From a virus (Duplodnaviria; Heunggongvirae; Uroviricota; Caudoviricetes), in IMG/VR virus record IMGVR_UViG_2529292985_000014, positions 1-23,604 of that record: a stretch of 23,604 nt of DNA. The stretch is one strand, 5' to 3'. The translations under genes were made by a program, and so were the position numbers. Positions 15,983-23,604 of this stretch are shown piece after piece. The notes under the pieces are model-generated. The model was not told the origin of the DNA and did not search any database. It saw nothing but the letters and a program-made list of their open reading frames with translations. Position 1 is the stretch's first letter. Each line of letters opens with the position of its first letter.

Positions 15983-17907
15983 TAAGCACCTCCCTGCTGA
16001 ATTTCAGCCAGAATGTTGATCAGGTAGTCAACTGCTGCACCCACAGTGGCTTCGTTCTCGTCGTATCGACCTGCACTGATTAGAGCATTTGCTGCTTCCT
16101 GTACATGATCAAGTTCAGTACTGATGACCGTCAGATCGCGGGATGTAAACTGCTCCGGCACGGATTTCAGGTACTCCAGCGCTTTATCTGCCTCCTGATC
16201 AGCTTCACTTGCTGATTCACCCGCTTCTTCTGGTTCCGGCTCCTGTTCTGGTGCTGGTTGTGGTTGTGATTCTGGCTCAACCACATGCTCTGTTTTTACT
16301 TCGCTTGAATAATTTTGAAGGGCGTTATACACGTCCATAATGAAAAGGTTCTCCCCATCACCAAGTGGATACGCCACGTTTGGAAACGCTTTGCGGAAAA
16401 GAATTTTCACTTGCGCCTTGAATGTTTTCAGGTCACTGCCAAACAGGTCCACATAGCCATCAATATGTTTAGACATGCTGGACACAACCAATTGGCCTGC
16501 AAAATCTTTCAGCTCATCTTCATCAGGAAGATAGAGCAACTCGTACTGGCTGACTTCTTTATCTGTCAGTTTACGGTCATACGTAATGATACCGTGACGA
16601 GCATATCCGTAATACTGATCAGCCTGGTCAGGACGATCAAGCACGGCTTTATTTCCATCCGGCACAGCACCAACACCAGCCGGGCGAGATTGAAGTGCAT
16701 AGTGGTATTTACCTACATCTTGGCTCTCTGGTTGTGATACTGGGTTCGTCTCGGGGGCTGTCTGTGGTGGTTCGGAGTCTTCCTGCTGGCCTGGTAACAC
16801 ATCAACTTTATATTTATCTGCGTTATGCTCTCGGTAGGCTTTAAGTAATTTGGTTGCAGCATCTGCCAAACTGCCTCCTTTGACAGCACTGGCATCAATA
16901 CTGAATTTACCTTCAGGTGCTACTATCGTAACGAAATTGTCACTGCCGGACGTGACATAATTAACTTCAGCGCCATTATCCAGCACTGTTTTTCCGTCAA
17001 TGGCAAGATTATGTTTTACATGTCGCAGCTGGTCACTAAACGCTCGCTCCTTCGTTTTTTCACCTTTAGCAGACAACAATTTATCGCGTTTTTCTTGTAA
17101 TTCCTCGTTGATGGCTTTCTGGGCATCAAGTTTTTTTTGCATCTCCGTAAGAGCAGCACGCTTTTCAGTCAGCCCACGTTGCGCAACGTCCACCTGATCA
17201 ATTGTTATTGACCGTTCTTCTGCCAGTTTATCTGCTTCATTGAGATAACTCTCAATATCTGCCTTCATTTTGTCCTGGCGCTCTTTTGCTTTCTTAAACT
17301 TTTCGCTGTTACGCTCAATCAAATTAGATAGCGCCTGGCATACCTGGCTTAAAGAAACATCTCTCCCACCAATCGGGGCGACAACGTGAGTTACGTTACG
17401 CTTATTAAGTAAAAACTGAAATGCAACAAGCTCGTCGTTACTCTTTATTTTTGCCCCGTCAGCTGTTGGAGAGTGGAAAATTATGCTTGTACTCTGCCCG
17501 TCAGTAAGCGGTATCTGCGCGGTCAAAACAGGGATATTAGCTACCCGACGTACACGACCGATAATCGCACCACCAATACAATTACGTCCATTTTCATCGG
17601 TCCCGGCTTCATCAGTCCCTGCCATAATATTCGTACCATTCAGGCCACGATTCAGCGCACGGACGAAAGCTCGCATTGTTTGAGCTAACCGAATTCTGGT
17701 TGTAGTTATGGACTCAAACATAGCTTCGTCAGACACAACCAGAATTTCATTGCCCATATAGGCAAGCTCAATATCTTCTAAGGTCGCCGCCTCAAAAATC
17801 AGGTCATCTTCGCTTAATTCTTCTGAAGACCAGCGACCTGGCATATAGCCGGGGATCGTATCAGCAAAAGTAGACTGAATATTAATTCGTAAAGGATTGT
17901 TAATCAT
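15982..17907 (-). CDS. darA: DarA-like internal head / anti-restriction protein
   Basis: Track ORF is 654 aa from 17946. ATG at 17907 has GGAGG 6 nt upstream and overlaps the upstream stop (ATGATTAA), giving 641 aa. Long coiled coil (KFKKAKERQDKMKADIESYLNEADKLAEE...) and acidic Pro/Glu-rich low-complexity segment (EPESQPQPAPEQEPEPEE). Sits after holin, LydB-like and Hdf-like genes, as I recall for the P1 darA operon. Confidence 0.5.
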   Translation of the reverse strand: MINNPLRINIQSTFADTIPGYMPGRWSSEELSEDDLIFEAATLEDIELAYMGNEILVVSDEAMFESITTTRIRLAQTMRAFVRALNRGLNGTNIMAGTDEAGTDENGRNCIGGAIIGRVRRVANIPVLTAQIPLTDGQSTSIIFHSPTADGAKIKSNDELVAFQFLLNKRNVTHVVAPIGGRDVSLSQVCQALSNLIERNSEKFKKAKERQDKMKADIESYLNEADKLAEERSITIDQVDVAQRGLTEKRAALTEMQKKLDAQKAINEELQEKRDKLLSAKGEKTKERAFSDQLRHVKHNLAIDGKTVLDNGAEVNYVTSGSDNFVTIVAPEGKFSIDASAVKGGSLADAATKLLKAYREHNADKYKVDVLPGQQEDSEPPQTAPETNPVSQPESQDVGKYHYALQSRPAGVGAVPDGNKAVLDRPDQADQYYGYARHGIITYDRKLTDKEVSQYELLYLPDEDELKDFAGQLVVSSMSKHIDGYVDLFGSDLKTFKAQVKILFRKAFPNVAYPLGDGENLFIMDVYNALQNYSSEVKTEHVVEPESQPQPAPEQEPEPEEAGESASEADQEADKALEYLKSVPEQFTSRDLTVISTELDHVQEAANALISAGRYDENEATVGAAVDYLINILAEIQQGGA

Positions 17908-18520
17908 GCTCATCCTCCAGGCGCGCGATTTCTTCTTTAAGAGCACGTGTCTTAGCTACTTCCTGAGACAAGGCAGCTTTAACGTTACCCGTATCTTGCA
18001 TTACTTTGTCTGACTTGCTCTGGAGTTTAGACAGTTTGTCGTTAGCATTAGCGATATCTTCACGGAGTGCATCACGTGATTCTTTCGCTTCAGCTAATTT
18101 CTGAGCGTTGGATTTAACTCCCTGCCGCTTCTTATTTTCGTCATCAATATTTTTTGCTGCACGAGCAAGTTTTCGAGCTAATGACTTCTGGAAAGAAGTT
18201 GCTCCGCGATTAAATAAAGCCGCAAGAGATTGCCCCAAAGCCGACATTGTTTTTACTGGCTTGAACGGTACTGTTTTACCATTCAGTTTGATCCCAGATA
18301 TATCACCGGTATCGTTAACCTGAACTTCCATTGTCTGTTCATCAAGACCAATAAGGGTAAACGTGCGCGTCATGATCCCATCTTTCTTCCTGCCATTACT
18401 TGCAGGGATCACCCTCGCTATCTTGTAACCACCTTTGCTGATTTCTTTGACGAGTTTTGCCAGCCCCTTTTCGTTTAACTCATCATAATTAAGAAGAACA
18501 TAATTATTCTTATTTGACAT
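17900..18520 (-). CDS. hdf: Hdf-like protein (homolog of a DarA fragment)
   Basis: Likely start ATG 18520 with AAGGAGG 5 nt upstream (the track GTG 18535 is less likely). Segment SALGQSLAALFNRGATSFQKS resembles DarA-like LSQVCQALSNLIERNSEKF, and both are followed by a coiled coil. Confidence 0.45.
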   Translation of the reverse strand: MSNKNNYVLLNYDELNEKGLAKLVKEISKGGYKIARVIPASNGRKKDGIMTRTFTLIGLDEQTMEVQVNDTGDISGIKLNGKTVPFKPVKTMSALGQSLAALFNRGATSFQKSLARKLARAAKNIDDENKKRQGVKSNAQKLAEAKESRDALREDIANANDKLSKLQSKSDKVMQDTGNVKAALSQEVAKTRALKEEIARLEDEHD

Positions 18521-18956
18521 CCCAGCCTCCTTCACGCTTTTCGATCGTAAACTGGCGCTCTATGCAGTCATTGATAGGGAAAATGCGATAAAGCGGATTC
18601 AGTCGGCAGTTACCGTTAGTCAATGTGACTTTCAGATCCCACTTCGTTGGCTCAAGATATTTCGTATCGATGAGCAAATACTCTTCTCTCTCACCGCGTT
18701 TTGAGGCGTCAACTGGTCGTGTTTTCCCTGAAATAACCACAGATGGATTTTTCAGGTCTTGCAACCAATATTCGATTTGAGCATTGCTGACCCAGCTTCG
18801 CTTAACACGTAGCGAAACAGGAAATGCTATAGCAGATTCTTTCACTACAGCGTCACCAATACTCAAAATCTCAACACTCTTGCGACGAAAAATGAAACGG
18901 TCAATGATGGCAACAAATGCCATGATAAAAATGAAATAATTCCCAAAGTTACCCAT
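18510..18956 (-). CDS. LydB-like membrane-anchored protein (candidate antiholin or lysis regulator)
   Basis: 148-aa ORF. ATG overlaps the holin stop (TAATG). N-terminal hydrophobic segment NYFIFIMAFVAIIDRFIF followed by a soluble domain. Confidence 0.45.
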   Translation of the reverse strand: MGNFGNYFIFIMAFVAIIDRFIFRRKSVEILSIGDAVVKESAIAFPVSLRVKRSWVSNAQIEYWLQDLKNPSVVISGKTRPVDASKRGEREEYLLIDTKYLEPTKWDLKVTLTNGNCRLNPLYRIFPINDCIERQFTIEKREGGWDVK

Positions 18957-19282
18957 TATTTCTCTCCACCTTTTCCCCCATTCGCTATTACGCTTAAGAG
19001 ATTCAAGACGTTACTAGCTCTGGACTTCAAGCCCTGTAAAATTTCTCTTCCGTTGTTACTGGCAATCAGAACAACGCAGAAAATGATACCTTCAGGCCAT
19101 TCCTGGCTAACCGCCACCCCATACCCCGCAAGCCCGGCTGTTACCGCAGTAAACAATTCACTCGCAAGATTGAGCAGGGACGCAGAAATGCGCCCGTCTC
19201 TAACTCCGAGAAGGAATACGCCGGTTCCACTTAGTAGGGATGTTATGACTACTACAGCCAGATTTTCATAATCTGCAAACAT
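18956..19282 (-). CDS. lydA: Holin (LydA-like), three predicted transmembrane segments
   Basis: 108-aa ORF with strong SD GGAGGGG before the ATG. Hydrophobic stretches LAVVVITSLLSGTGVFLLGV, LFTAVTAGLAGYGVAV and IIFCVVLIAS. Basic C-terminus. First gene of the operon. Confidence 0.55.
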   Translation of the reverse strand: MFADYENLAVVVITSLLSGTGVFLLGVRDGRISASLLNLASELFTAVTAGLAGYGVAVSQEWPEGIIFCVVLIASNNGREILQGLKSRASNVLNLLSVIANGGKGGEK

Positions 19283-19294
19283 ACCCCTCCAGAA

Positions 19295-19325
19295 ATAACA
19301 TCTAATGCGCCACTAACTTAGTCAG
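19295..19325 (-). promoter_or_regulatory. Candidate late-type promoter for the lydA-darA operon: palindrome ACTAAGTTAGT upstream of a -10-like TTAGAT
   Basis: On the minus strand the 11-bp palindrome (plus 19311-19321) is centred about 11-12 bp upstream of TTAGAT (plus 19299-19304). There is no -35 hexamer. This matches my recollection that P1 late promoters carry an inverted repeat centred near -22 instead of a -35. Confidence 0.3.
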
Positions 19326-19387
19326 TTTGTTATTTCCTTACAGGACATCTTCTAAAATCTCCCTCCTTAACATACAAGGGGGAACAT

Positions 19388-19948
19388 ATGCTTATTGGAT
19401 ACATTCGCGTATCAACTAATGACCAAAACACAGCTTTACAACGAAACGCCCTTGAAAGCGCAGGATGTGAGCTAATTTTTGAGGATAAGGCGAGCGGCAA
19501 AAAGGCTGAACGCCCTGGGTTAAAAAAGGTTCTCCGTATGCTTTCCAGAGGTGACACCCTGGTCGTATGGAAGTTAGATCGTCTTGGGCGCAGTATGCGT
19601 CACTTGGTTGTGCTGGTGGAAGAGCTTCGTGACATAGGCATTAACTTCCGGAGTCTCACTGACTCCATCGACACCAGTACACCAATGGGGCGCTTTTTCT
19701 TTCACGTAATGGGGGCGCTGGCAGAAATGGAACGTGAGCTTATCGTTGAACGTACACGCGCTGGACTTGATGCGGCTCGCGCAGAAGGTCGTATAGGTGG
19801 GCGTCGGCCTAAATACCAAGAAGAAACATGGCAGCAAATGCGGCGATTGCTGGAGAAGGGAATCCCCCGTAAGCAGGTTGCAATCATCTATGATGTGGCT
19901 GTTTCCACGCTTTATAAGAAGTTTCCGGCGTCATCATTTCAATCCTAA
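19388..19948 (+). CDS. cin: Cin/Gin/Hin-family serine DNA invertase
   Basis: 186-aa ORF. N-terminal MLIGYIRVSTNDQN with the catalytic Ser. Conserved VVWKLDRLGRS and FHVMGALAEMERELI. C-terminal HTH GIPRKQVAIIYDVAVSTLYKK. SD AAGGGGGAA before the ATG. Confidence 0.85.
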   Translation: MLIGYIRVSTNDQNTALQRNALESAGCELIFEDKASGKKAERPGLKKVLRMLSRGDTLVVWKLDRLGRSMRHLVVLVEELRDIGINFRSLTDSIDTSTPMGRFFFHVMGALAEMERELIVERTRAGLDAARAEGRIGGRRPKYQEETWQQMRRLLEKGIPRKQVAIIYDVAVSTLYKKFPASSFQS

Positions 19949-19965
19949 ACCTTGGTTTAAGAGAA
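19940..19965. other. cix-like recombination crossover site
   Basis: CAATCCTAAACC-TT-GGTTTAAGAGAA: two imperfect 12-bp inverted half-sites around a 2-bp core at 19952-19953. About 9 of 12 matches per half-site to the gix/hix-type half-site TTATCCAAAACC as I recall it. Overlaps the cin stop codon (19946-19948). Confidence 0.5.
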
Positions 19966-19995
19966 CTCGGTACCAGCGGTGAAAAGATCCCCCTG

Positions 19996-22857
19996 TTGAG
20001 CACGGCTAACACATGGAGTTCACGCCAGACTTTCAACGGCGGGATCACCGGGGCGCTGACAGGGAACGCCGACACCGCGACGAAACTTGCGACGGCAAGA
20101 AACATCAACGGTGTTAAATTTGATGGTTCTGTGGACATTTCGATACCAACAATTACGTCCAGAGGGCGTGTTACTGCGCTCACCGGTACAACACAAGGTG
20201 CTGCTACTGGATTGCAAATGTATGAGGCGTACAACAACGGCTATCCTTCTGTTTACGGGAATGTGCTTCATCTTAAGGGCGCAACGGCAGTTGGTGAAGG
20301 TGAGTTGTTCATAGGTTGGAGCGGTACAAGTGGCGCTCATGCACCTGTACATGTACGTTCGCGACGAGATACTGATACAGCCAGTTGGTCAGAGTGGGCG
20401 CAGGTCTACACATCGAAGGATTCCATCCCTGGTGTAAATACCACGGGCAACCAGAACACAACCGGAAACGCGGCGTCTGCAACGAAATTACAAACGGCAA
20501 GAACTATTGGTGGTGTTTCATTTAATGGCACCGCAAACATCGACCTGCCGGGCGTGAATAAAACAGGCAATCAGAGCACTACCGGCAATGCAGCTACAGC
20601 CACAAAACTGCAAACAGCACGCACCATTAATGGGGTTTCATTTGACGGAACGGCTAATATTTCTCTGTCACCGGCAAATATTGGTTGCCCGGCATCTCCT
20701 ACTGGTTGGCTTGAAACAGGTGATAATGGAGCATCAATAACAACAGAGCAATTAGTGACTCTGCTACGAGATAATGGTGCTTTTAATGCAAAGGTATGGA
20801 TAGCGCGTTGTGCCTGGGCGTATGCAAATAGTGCATCCATACCAGACAGCGAAACAGGATGCGGCATTATTCCACTGGCGGGTGCTGTGATAGAAGTATT
20901 CAGCAATAATACCAACAATTACACCATTCGAATAACAACGGCAACGACGACAAGTGTATCTGGCGCACTCACTAATGCTGAATTTATCTATGTGTCTAAT
21001 GGCACAAGTTATTCACCAGGATGGCGCAGAGCGTATAACACTAAAAACAAACCTACTGCGGCTGATGTCGGAGCTTTACCACTATCTGGAGGAGCGTTAA
21101 CTGGCGGATTAACTGCTGCTGGCGAGATTATTTCCAAATCGGCGAATGGTCTGCGCATTGCCTATGGCAACTATGGATTCTTTATCCGAAACGATGGTTC
21201 AAACACATATTTCATGTTGACCGATTCGGGTAACAGCCTGGGAACCTATAATAGGTTAAGGCCGCTTATCATTAACAATGCCAATGGTACTGTTACGATC
21301 GGTAATGGACTCAATGTTACTGGCGGCATCAATGGTAGTTTGAACGGTAATGCTTCAACAGCTACGAAGTTGCAAACTGCTAGAAAAATAAGCGGCGTGT
21401 CTTTTGATGGTTCTGCTGATATAACACTAACAGCTGAAAATGTATCTGCTTTTGCTCGACGCGCTACTGGAACTTATGACGATACTAGTGGTGCGGTCCC
21501 GTGGAATGCCGAATCAGGTGCGTATAATGTTACACGCTCCGGGGCTTCTTATATCGTTGCAAATTTTTATACAGGCGTAGGTAGTTGTCGGACTCTCCAA
21601 ATCCGAGCGCATTATAAAAATGGTGGATTGTATTACCGTTCATCACGTGATGGCTATGGGTTCGAAGAGGACTGGACTCAGATATATACTAAAAAAGACA
21701 GCATCCCTGGTGTGAATACAACTGGTAATCAGAACACTACTGGCAATGCTGCAACTGCAACAAAACTGCAAACAGCACGCACAATAGGCGGAGTGTCATT
21801 CGATGGTAGTGCCAATATCGACCTGCCAGGTGTGAATAAAACAGGTAATCAGAACACTACCGGTAATGCAGCGACAGCGACCAAGTTGCAGACAGCATGT
21901 ACTATCAACGGCGTCTCGTTTGATGGTTCTAAAGATATTGAACTTAACCCACGGTCTATAGGCACGATCAACTCCACAACAATGTCTTTTAGTGGTGGTG
22001 CTGGATGGTTCAAACTGGCAACTGTAACCATGCCACAGGCCAGTTCCGTGGTTTACATAAGCCTGATTGGTGGTGCAGGGTTTAACGTTGGCTCCCCGCA
22101 GCAAGCAGGCATCTCTGAGCTGGTTCTGCGTGCAGGAAATGGAAATCCAAAAGGTATTACTGGTGCATTATGGCGACGGACCTCGGTTGGATTTACTAAT
22201 TTTGCATGGGTGAATACATCCGGTGATACCTATGATGTTTATGTTGAAATAGGTAATTACGCCACAGGTGTTAATATTCAGTGGGATTATACCAGTAACG
22301 CCAGCGTAACGATTCATACATCACCAACTTATACAGCGAATAAACCAACAGGCCTGACAGATGGAACTGTATATGTAATTTACAGTTCGCACATTAAACC
22401 GACTGCTGCTGAGGTTGGGGCGTTGTCATTATCTGGCGGTCAATTGAATGGTGCACTGGGCATCGGAACATCCAGTGCTCTTGGTGGTAACTCGATTGTT
22501 TTGGGTGATAATGACACGGGATTTAAACAAAATGGCGACGGGTATCTGGATGTTTATGCTAATAACGTCCATGTTATGCGCTTTGTCTCCGGCAGTATTC
22601 AAAGTAATAAAACCATAAATATTACAGGTCGTGTTAATCCCTCAGATTACGGTAACTTTGATTCCCGTTATGTGAAAGATGTTCGCCTGGGTACGCGTGT
22701 TGTTCAATTGATGGCGCGTGGTGGTCGTTATGAAAAAGCCGGACACGCAATTACCGGATTAAGAATCATTGGTGAAGTAGATGGCGATGATGAAGCCATC
22801 TTCAGGCCAATACAAAAATACATCAATGGCACATGGTATAACGTCGCACAGGTGTAA
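19996..22857 (+). CDS. Tail-fibre variable cassette (Sv-type C-terminal part of tail fibre protein S), currently not fused to a constant part
   Basis: 953-aa ORF that the track starts at TTG with no SD. The same frame is open upstream to 19918, across the cix-like site. At least six copies of the phage fibre repeat GNA-x-TATKLQTAR-x-I-x-GV-x-FDG. Confidence 0.75.
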   Translation: MSTANTWSSRQTFNGGITGALTGNADTATKLATARNINGVKFDGSVDISIPTITSRGRVTALTGTTQGAATGLQMYEAYNNGYPSVYGNVLHLKGATAVGEGELFIGWSGTSGAHAPVHVRSRRDTDTASWSEWAQVYTSKDSIPGVNTTGNQNTTGNAASATKLQTARTIGGVSFNGTANIDLPGVNKTGNQSTTGNAATATKLQTARTINGVSFDGTANISLSPANIGCPASPTGWLETGDNGASITTEQLVTLLRDNGAFNAKVWIARCAWAYANSASIPDSETGCGIIPLAGAVIEVFSNNTNNYTIRITTATTTSVSGALTNAEFIYVSNGTSYSPGWRRAYNTKNKPTAADVGALPLSGGALTGGLTAAGEIISKSANGLRIAYGNYGFFIRNDGSNTYFMLTDSGNSLGTYNRLRPLIINNANGTVTIGNGLNVTGGINGSLNGNASTATKLQTARKISGVSFDGSADITLTAENVSAFARRATGTYDDTSGAVPWNAESGAYNVTRSGASYIVANFYTGVGSCRTLQIRAHYKNGGLYYRSSRDGYGFEEDWTQIYTKKDSIPGVNTTGNQNTTGNAATATKLQTARTIGGVSFDGSANIDLPGVNKTGNQNTTGNAATATKLQTACTINGVSFDGSKDIELNPRSIGTINSTTMSFSGGAGWFKLATVTMPQASSVVYISLIGGAGFNVGSPQQAGISELVLRAGNGNPKGITGALWRRTSVGFTNFAWVNTSGDTYDVYVEIGNYATGVNIQWDYTSNASVTIHTSPTYTANKPTGLTDGTVYVIYSSHIKPTAAEVGALSLSGGQLNGALGIGTSSALGGNSIVLGDNDTGFKQNGDGYLDVYANNVHVMRFVSGSIQSNKTINITGRVNPSDYGNFDSRYVKDVRLGTRVVQLMARGGRYEKAGHAITGLRIIGEVDGDDEAIFRPIQKYINGTWYNVAQV
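20403..20690 (+). repeat. Internal tail-fibre module, copy 1
   Basis: Encodes YTSKDSIPGVNTTGNQNTTGNAASATKLQTARTIGGVSFNGTANIDLPGVNKTGNQSTTGNAATATKLQTARTINGVSFDGTANISL. Near-identical at protein level to copy 2, diverged at synonymous positions. Confidence 0.7.
21684..21965 (+). repeat. Internal tail-fibre module, copy 2
   Basis: Encodes YTKKDSIPGVNTTGNQNTTGNAATATKLQTARTIGGVSFDGSANIDLPGVNKTGNQNTTGNAATATKLQTACTINGVSFDGSKDIEL. Lies 1281 bp downstream of copy 1, in frame. Confidence 0.7.
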
Positions 22858-23388
22858 ATGATGCAGCATTTAAAAAATATTAAGTCTGGAAATCCTAAAA
22901 CAAAAGAACAATATCAGCTAACAAAGAATTTTGATGTTATCTGGTTATGGTCCGAAGACGGAAAAAACTGGTATGAGGAAGTGAAAAACTTTCAGCCAGA
23001 CACAATAAAGATTGTTTACGATGCAAATAATATTATTGTCGCCATCACCAAAGATGCCTCCACGCTTAACCCTGAAGGTTATAGCGTCGTTGAGGTTCCA
23101 GATATTACAGCCAACCGCCGCGCTGATGATTCCGGTAAGTGGATGTTTAGGGACGGAGCTGTGGTTAAACGGATTTATACGGCAGACGAGCAACAACAAC
23201 AGGCCGAATCACAAAAGGCCGCATTGCTTTCCGAAGCTGAATCAGTCATCCAGCCGCTGGAACGCGCTGTCAGGCTGAATATGGCAACAGACGAGGAGCG
23301 CACACGACTGGAAGCATGGGAACGCTACAGCGTTCTTGTAAGCCGCGTGGATACGGCAAAGCCAGAATGGCCACAAAAACCTGAGTAA
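22858..23388 (+). CDS. Tail fibre assembly protein (U / Tfa-type chaperone)
   Basis: 176-aa ORF. ATG abuts the tail-fibre stop (TAAATG). C-terminus ...[27 protein letters not shown] is typical of Tfa-family proteins. Confidence 0.7.
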   Translation: MMQHLKNIKSGNPKTKEQYQLTKNFDVIWLWSEDGKNWYEEVKNFQPDTIKIVYDANNIIVAITKDASTLNPEGYSVVEVPDITANRRADDSGKWMFRDGAVVKRIYTADEQQQQAESQKAALLSEAESVIQPLERAVRLNMATDEERTRLEAWERYSVLVSRVDTAKPEWPQKPE

Positions 23389-23415
23389 AAATAAGGCCCG
23401 ATAACGGGCCTTTTC
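23389..23415. terminator. Bidirectional terminator between convergent tail-fibre assembly genes
   Basis: A-tract, stem GGCCCG (23395-23400), loop ATAA, stem CGGGCC (23405-23410), then T-rich run. Fills the gap between the two convergent stops at 23388 and 23416. Confidence 0.6.
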
Positions 23416-23604
23416 TCATTCTGGTTGTTCGGGAAACGTTACTGGCAGGATGGAGGTATCTGTAGATTCTACTTTCTGCGCATATAGCATCCACGCGGTT
23501 AATTTCTGTTTATTCTCATCGGAAATGATGCCCAGCCGTAGCTGTGAGTCCCACAGTTGGGTTTTATCCCTGACAAGTTGCAATAGGCTTTGCTTTTCAT
23601 TTTC
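23416..23604 (-). CDS. Partial second tail fibre assembly gene (U'-type), 3' end only; 5' end lies beyond the window
   Basis: Reverse-complement translation of 23416-23604 gives 63 codons with no stop: ENEKQSLLQLVRDKTQLWDSQLRLGIISDENKQKLTAWMLYAQKVESTDTSILPVTFPEQPE. It ends with the same W-x-Y...V...P-E-x-PE pattern as U. Not in the ORF track because the start is outside the window. Confidence 0.65.
   Translation of the reverse strand, partial: ENEKQSLLQLVRDKTQLWDSQLRLGIISDENKQKLTAWMLYAQKVESTDTSILPVTFPEQPE

Noticed and set aside
16315-16737. 140-aa plus-strand ORF inside the DarA-like gene
   Set aside because: Antisense to a gene with a good SD and coupled neighbours. Low-complexity translation.
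21243-21263. Palindrome AACCTAT-A-ATAGGTT inside the tail-fibre ORF as a possible internal cix site
   Set aside because: The AACC/GGTT arms are 7 bp apart, not 2 bp as in hix/gix/cix-type sites, and the flanks do not match the half-site consensus. Probably incidental to the coding sequence.
1-23604. CRISPR arrays, rRNA genes, IS elements or transposase genes
   Set aside because: No regularly spaced direct repeats, no rRNA-like sequence, and no transposase-like ORF or terminal inverted repeats seen. The only recombinase is the Cin-type invertase.

Overview
This window reads as a segment of a P1-like temperate phage or plasmid-prophage from an enterobacterial host. This is inferred from gene content and order; no database search was possible. 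Almost everything from 115 to 19282 is on the minus strand in tightly packed, often translationally coupled operons. From left to right: (i) an accessory cassette of small genes including a VRR-NUC nuclease (115-1956), ending at a bidirectional terminator; (ii) a 2305-aa DarB-like protein with an N6-adenine methyltransferase domain and an SF2 helicase core (1993-8910); (iii) a lone plus-strand CHAP/NlpC-P60-like hydrolase gene divergent from darB; (iv) an HTH protein gene carrying paired palindromes inside its coding sequence, followed by candidate head-morphogenesis or internal-protein genes; (v) a coupled operon with holin (LydA-like), LydB-like, Hdf-like, DarA-like and DdrA-like genes; (vi) a Cin-family serine invertase with a cix-like crossover site overlapping its stop codon; (vii) a start-less 953-aa tail-fibre variable cassette full of phage-fibre repeats, a tail-fibre assembly gene (U), and a convergent partial second assembly gene (U') cut by the window end. 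No rRNA, tRNA, CRISPR array or IS element was recognised. Assignments to named P1 genes rest on synteny and motifs recalled from memory and need confirmation by homology search. The most interesting candidates are the VRR-NUC small-gene cassette, the in-gene palindromes, and the invertible tail-fibre segment.
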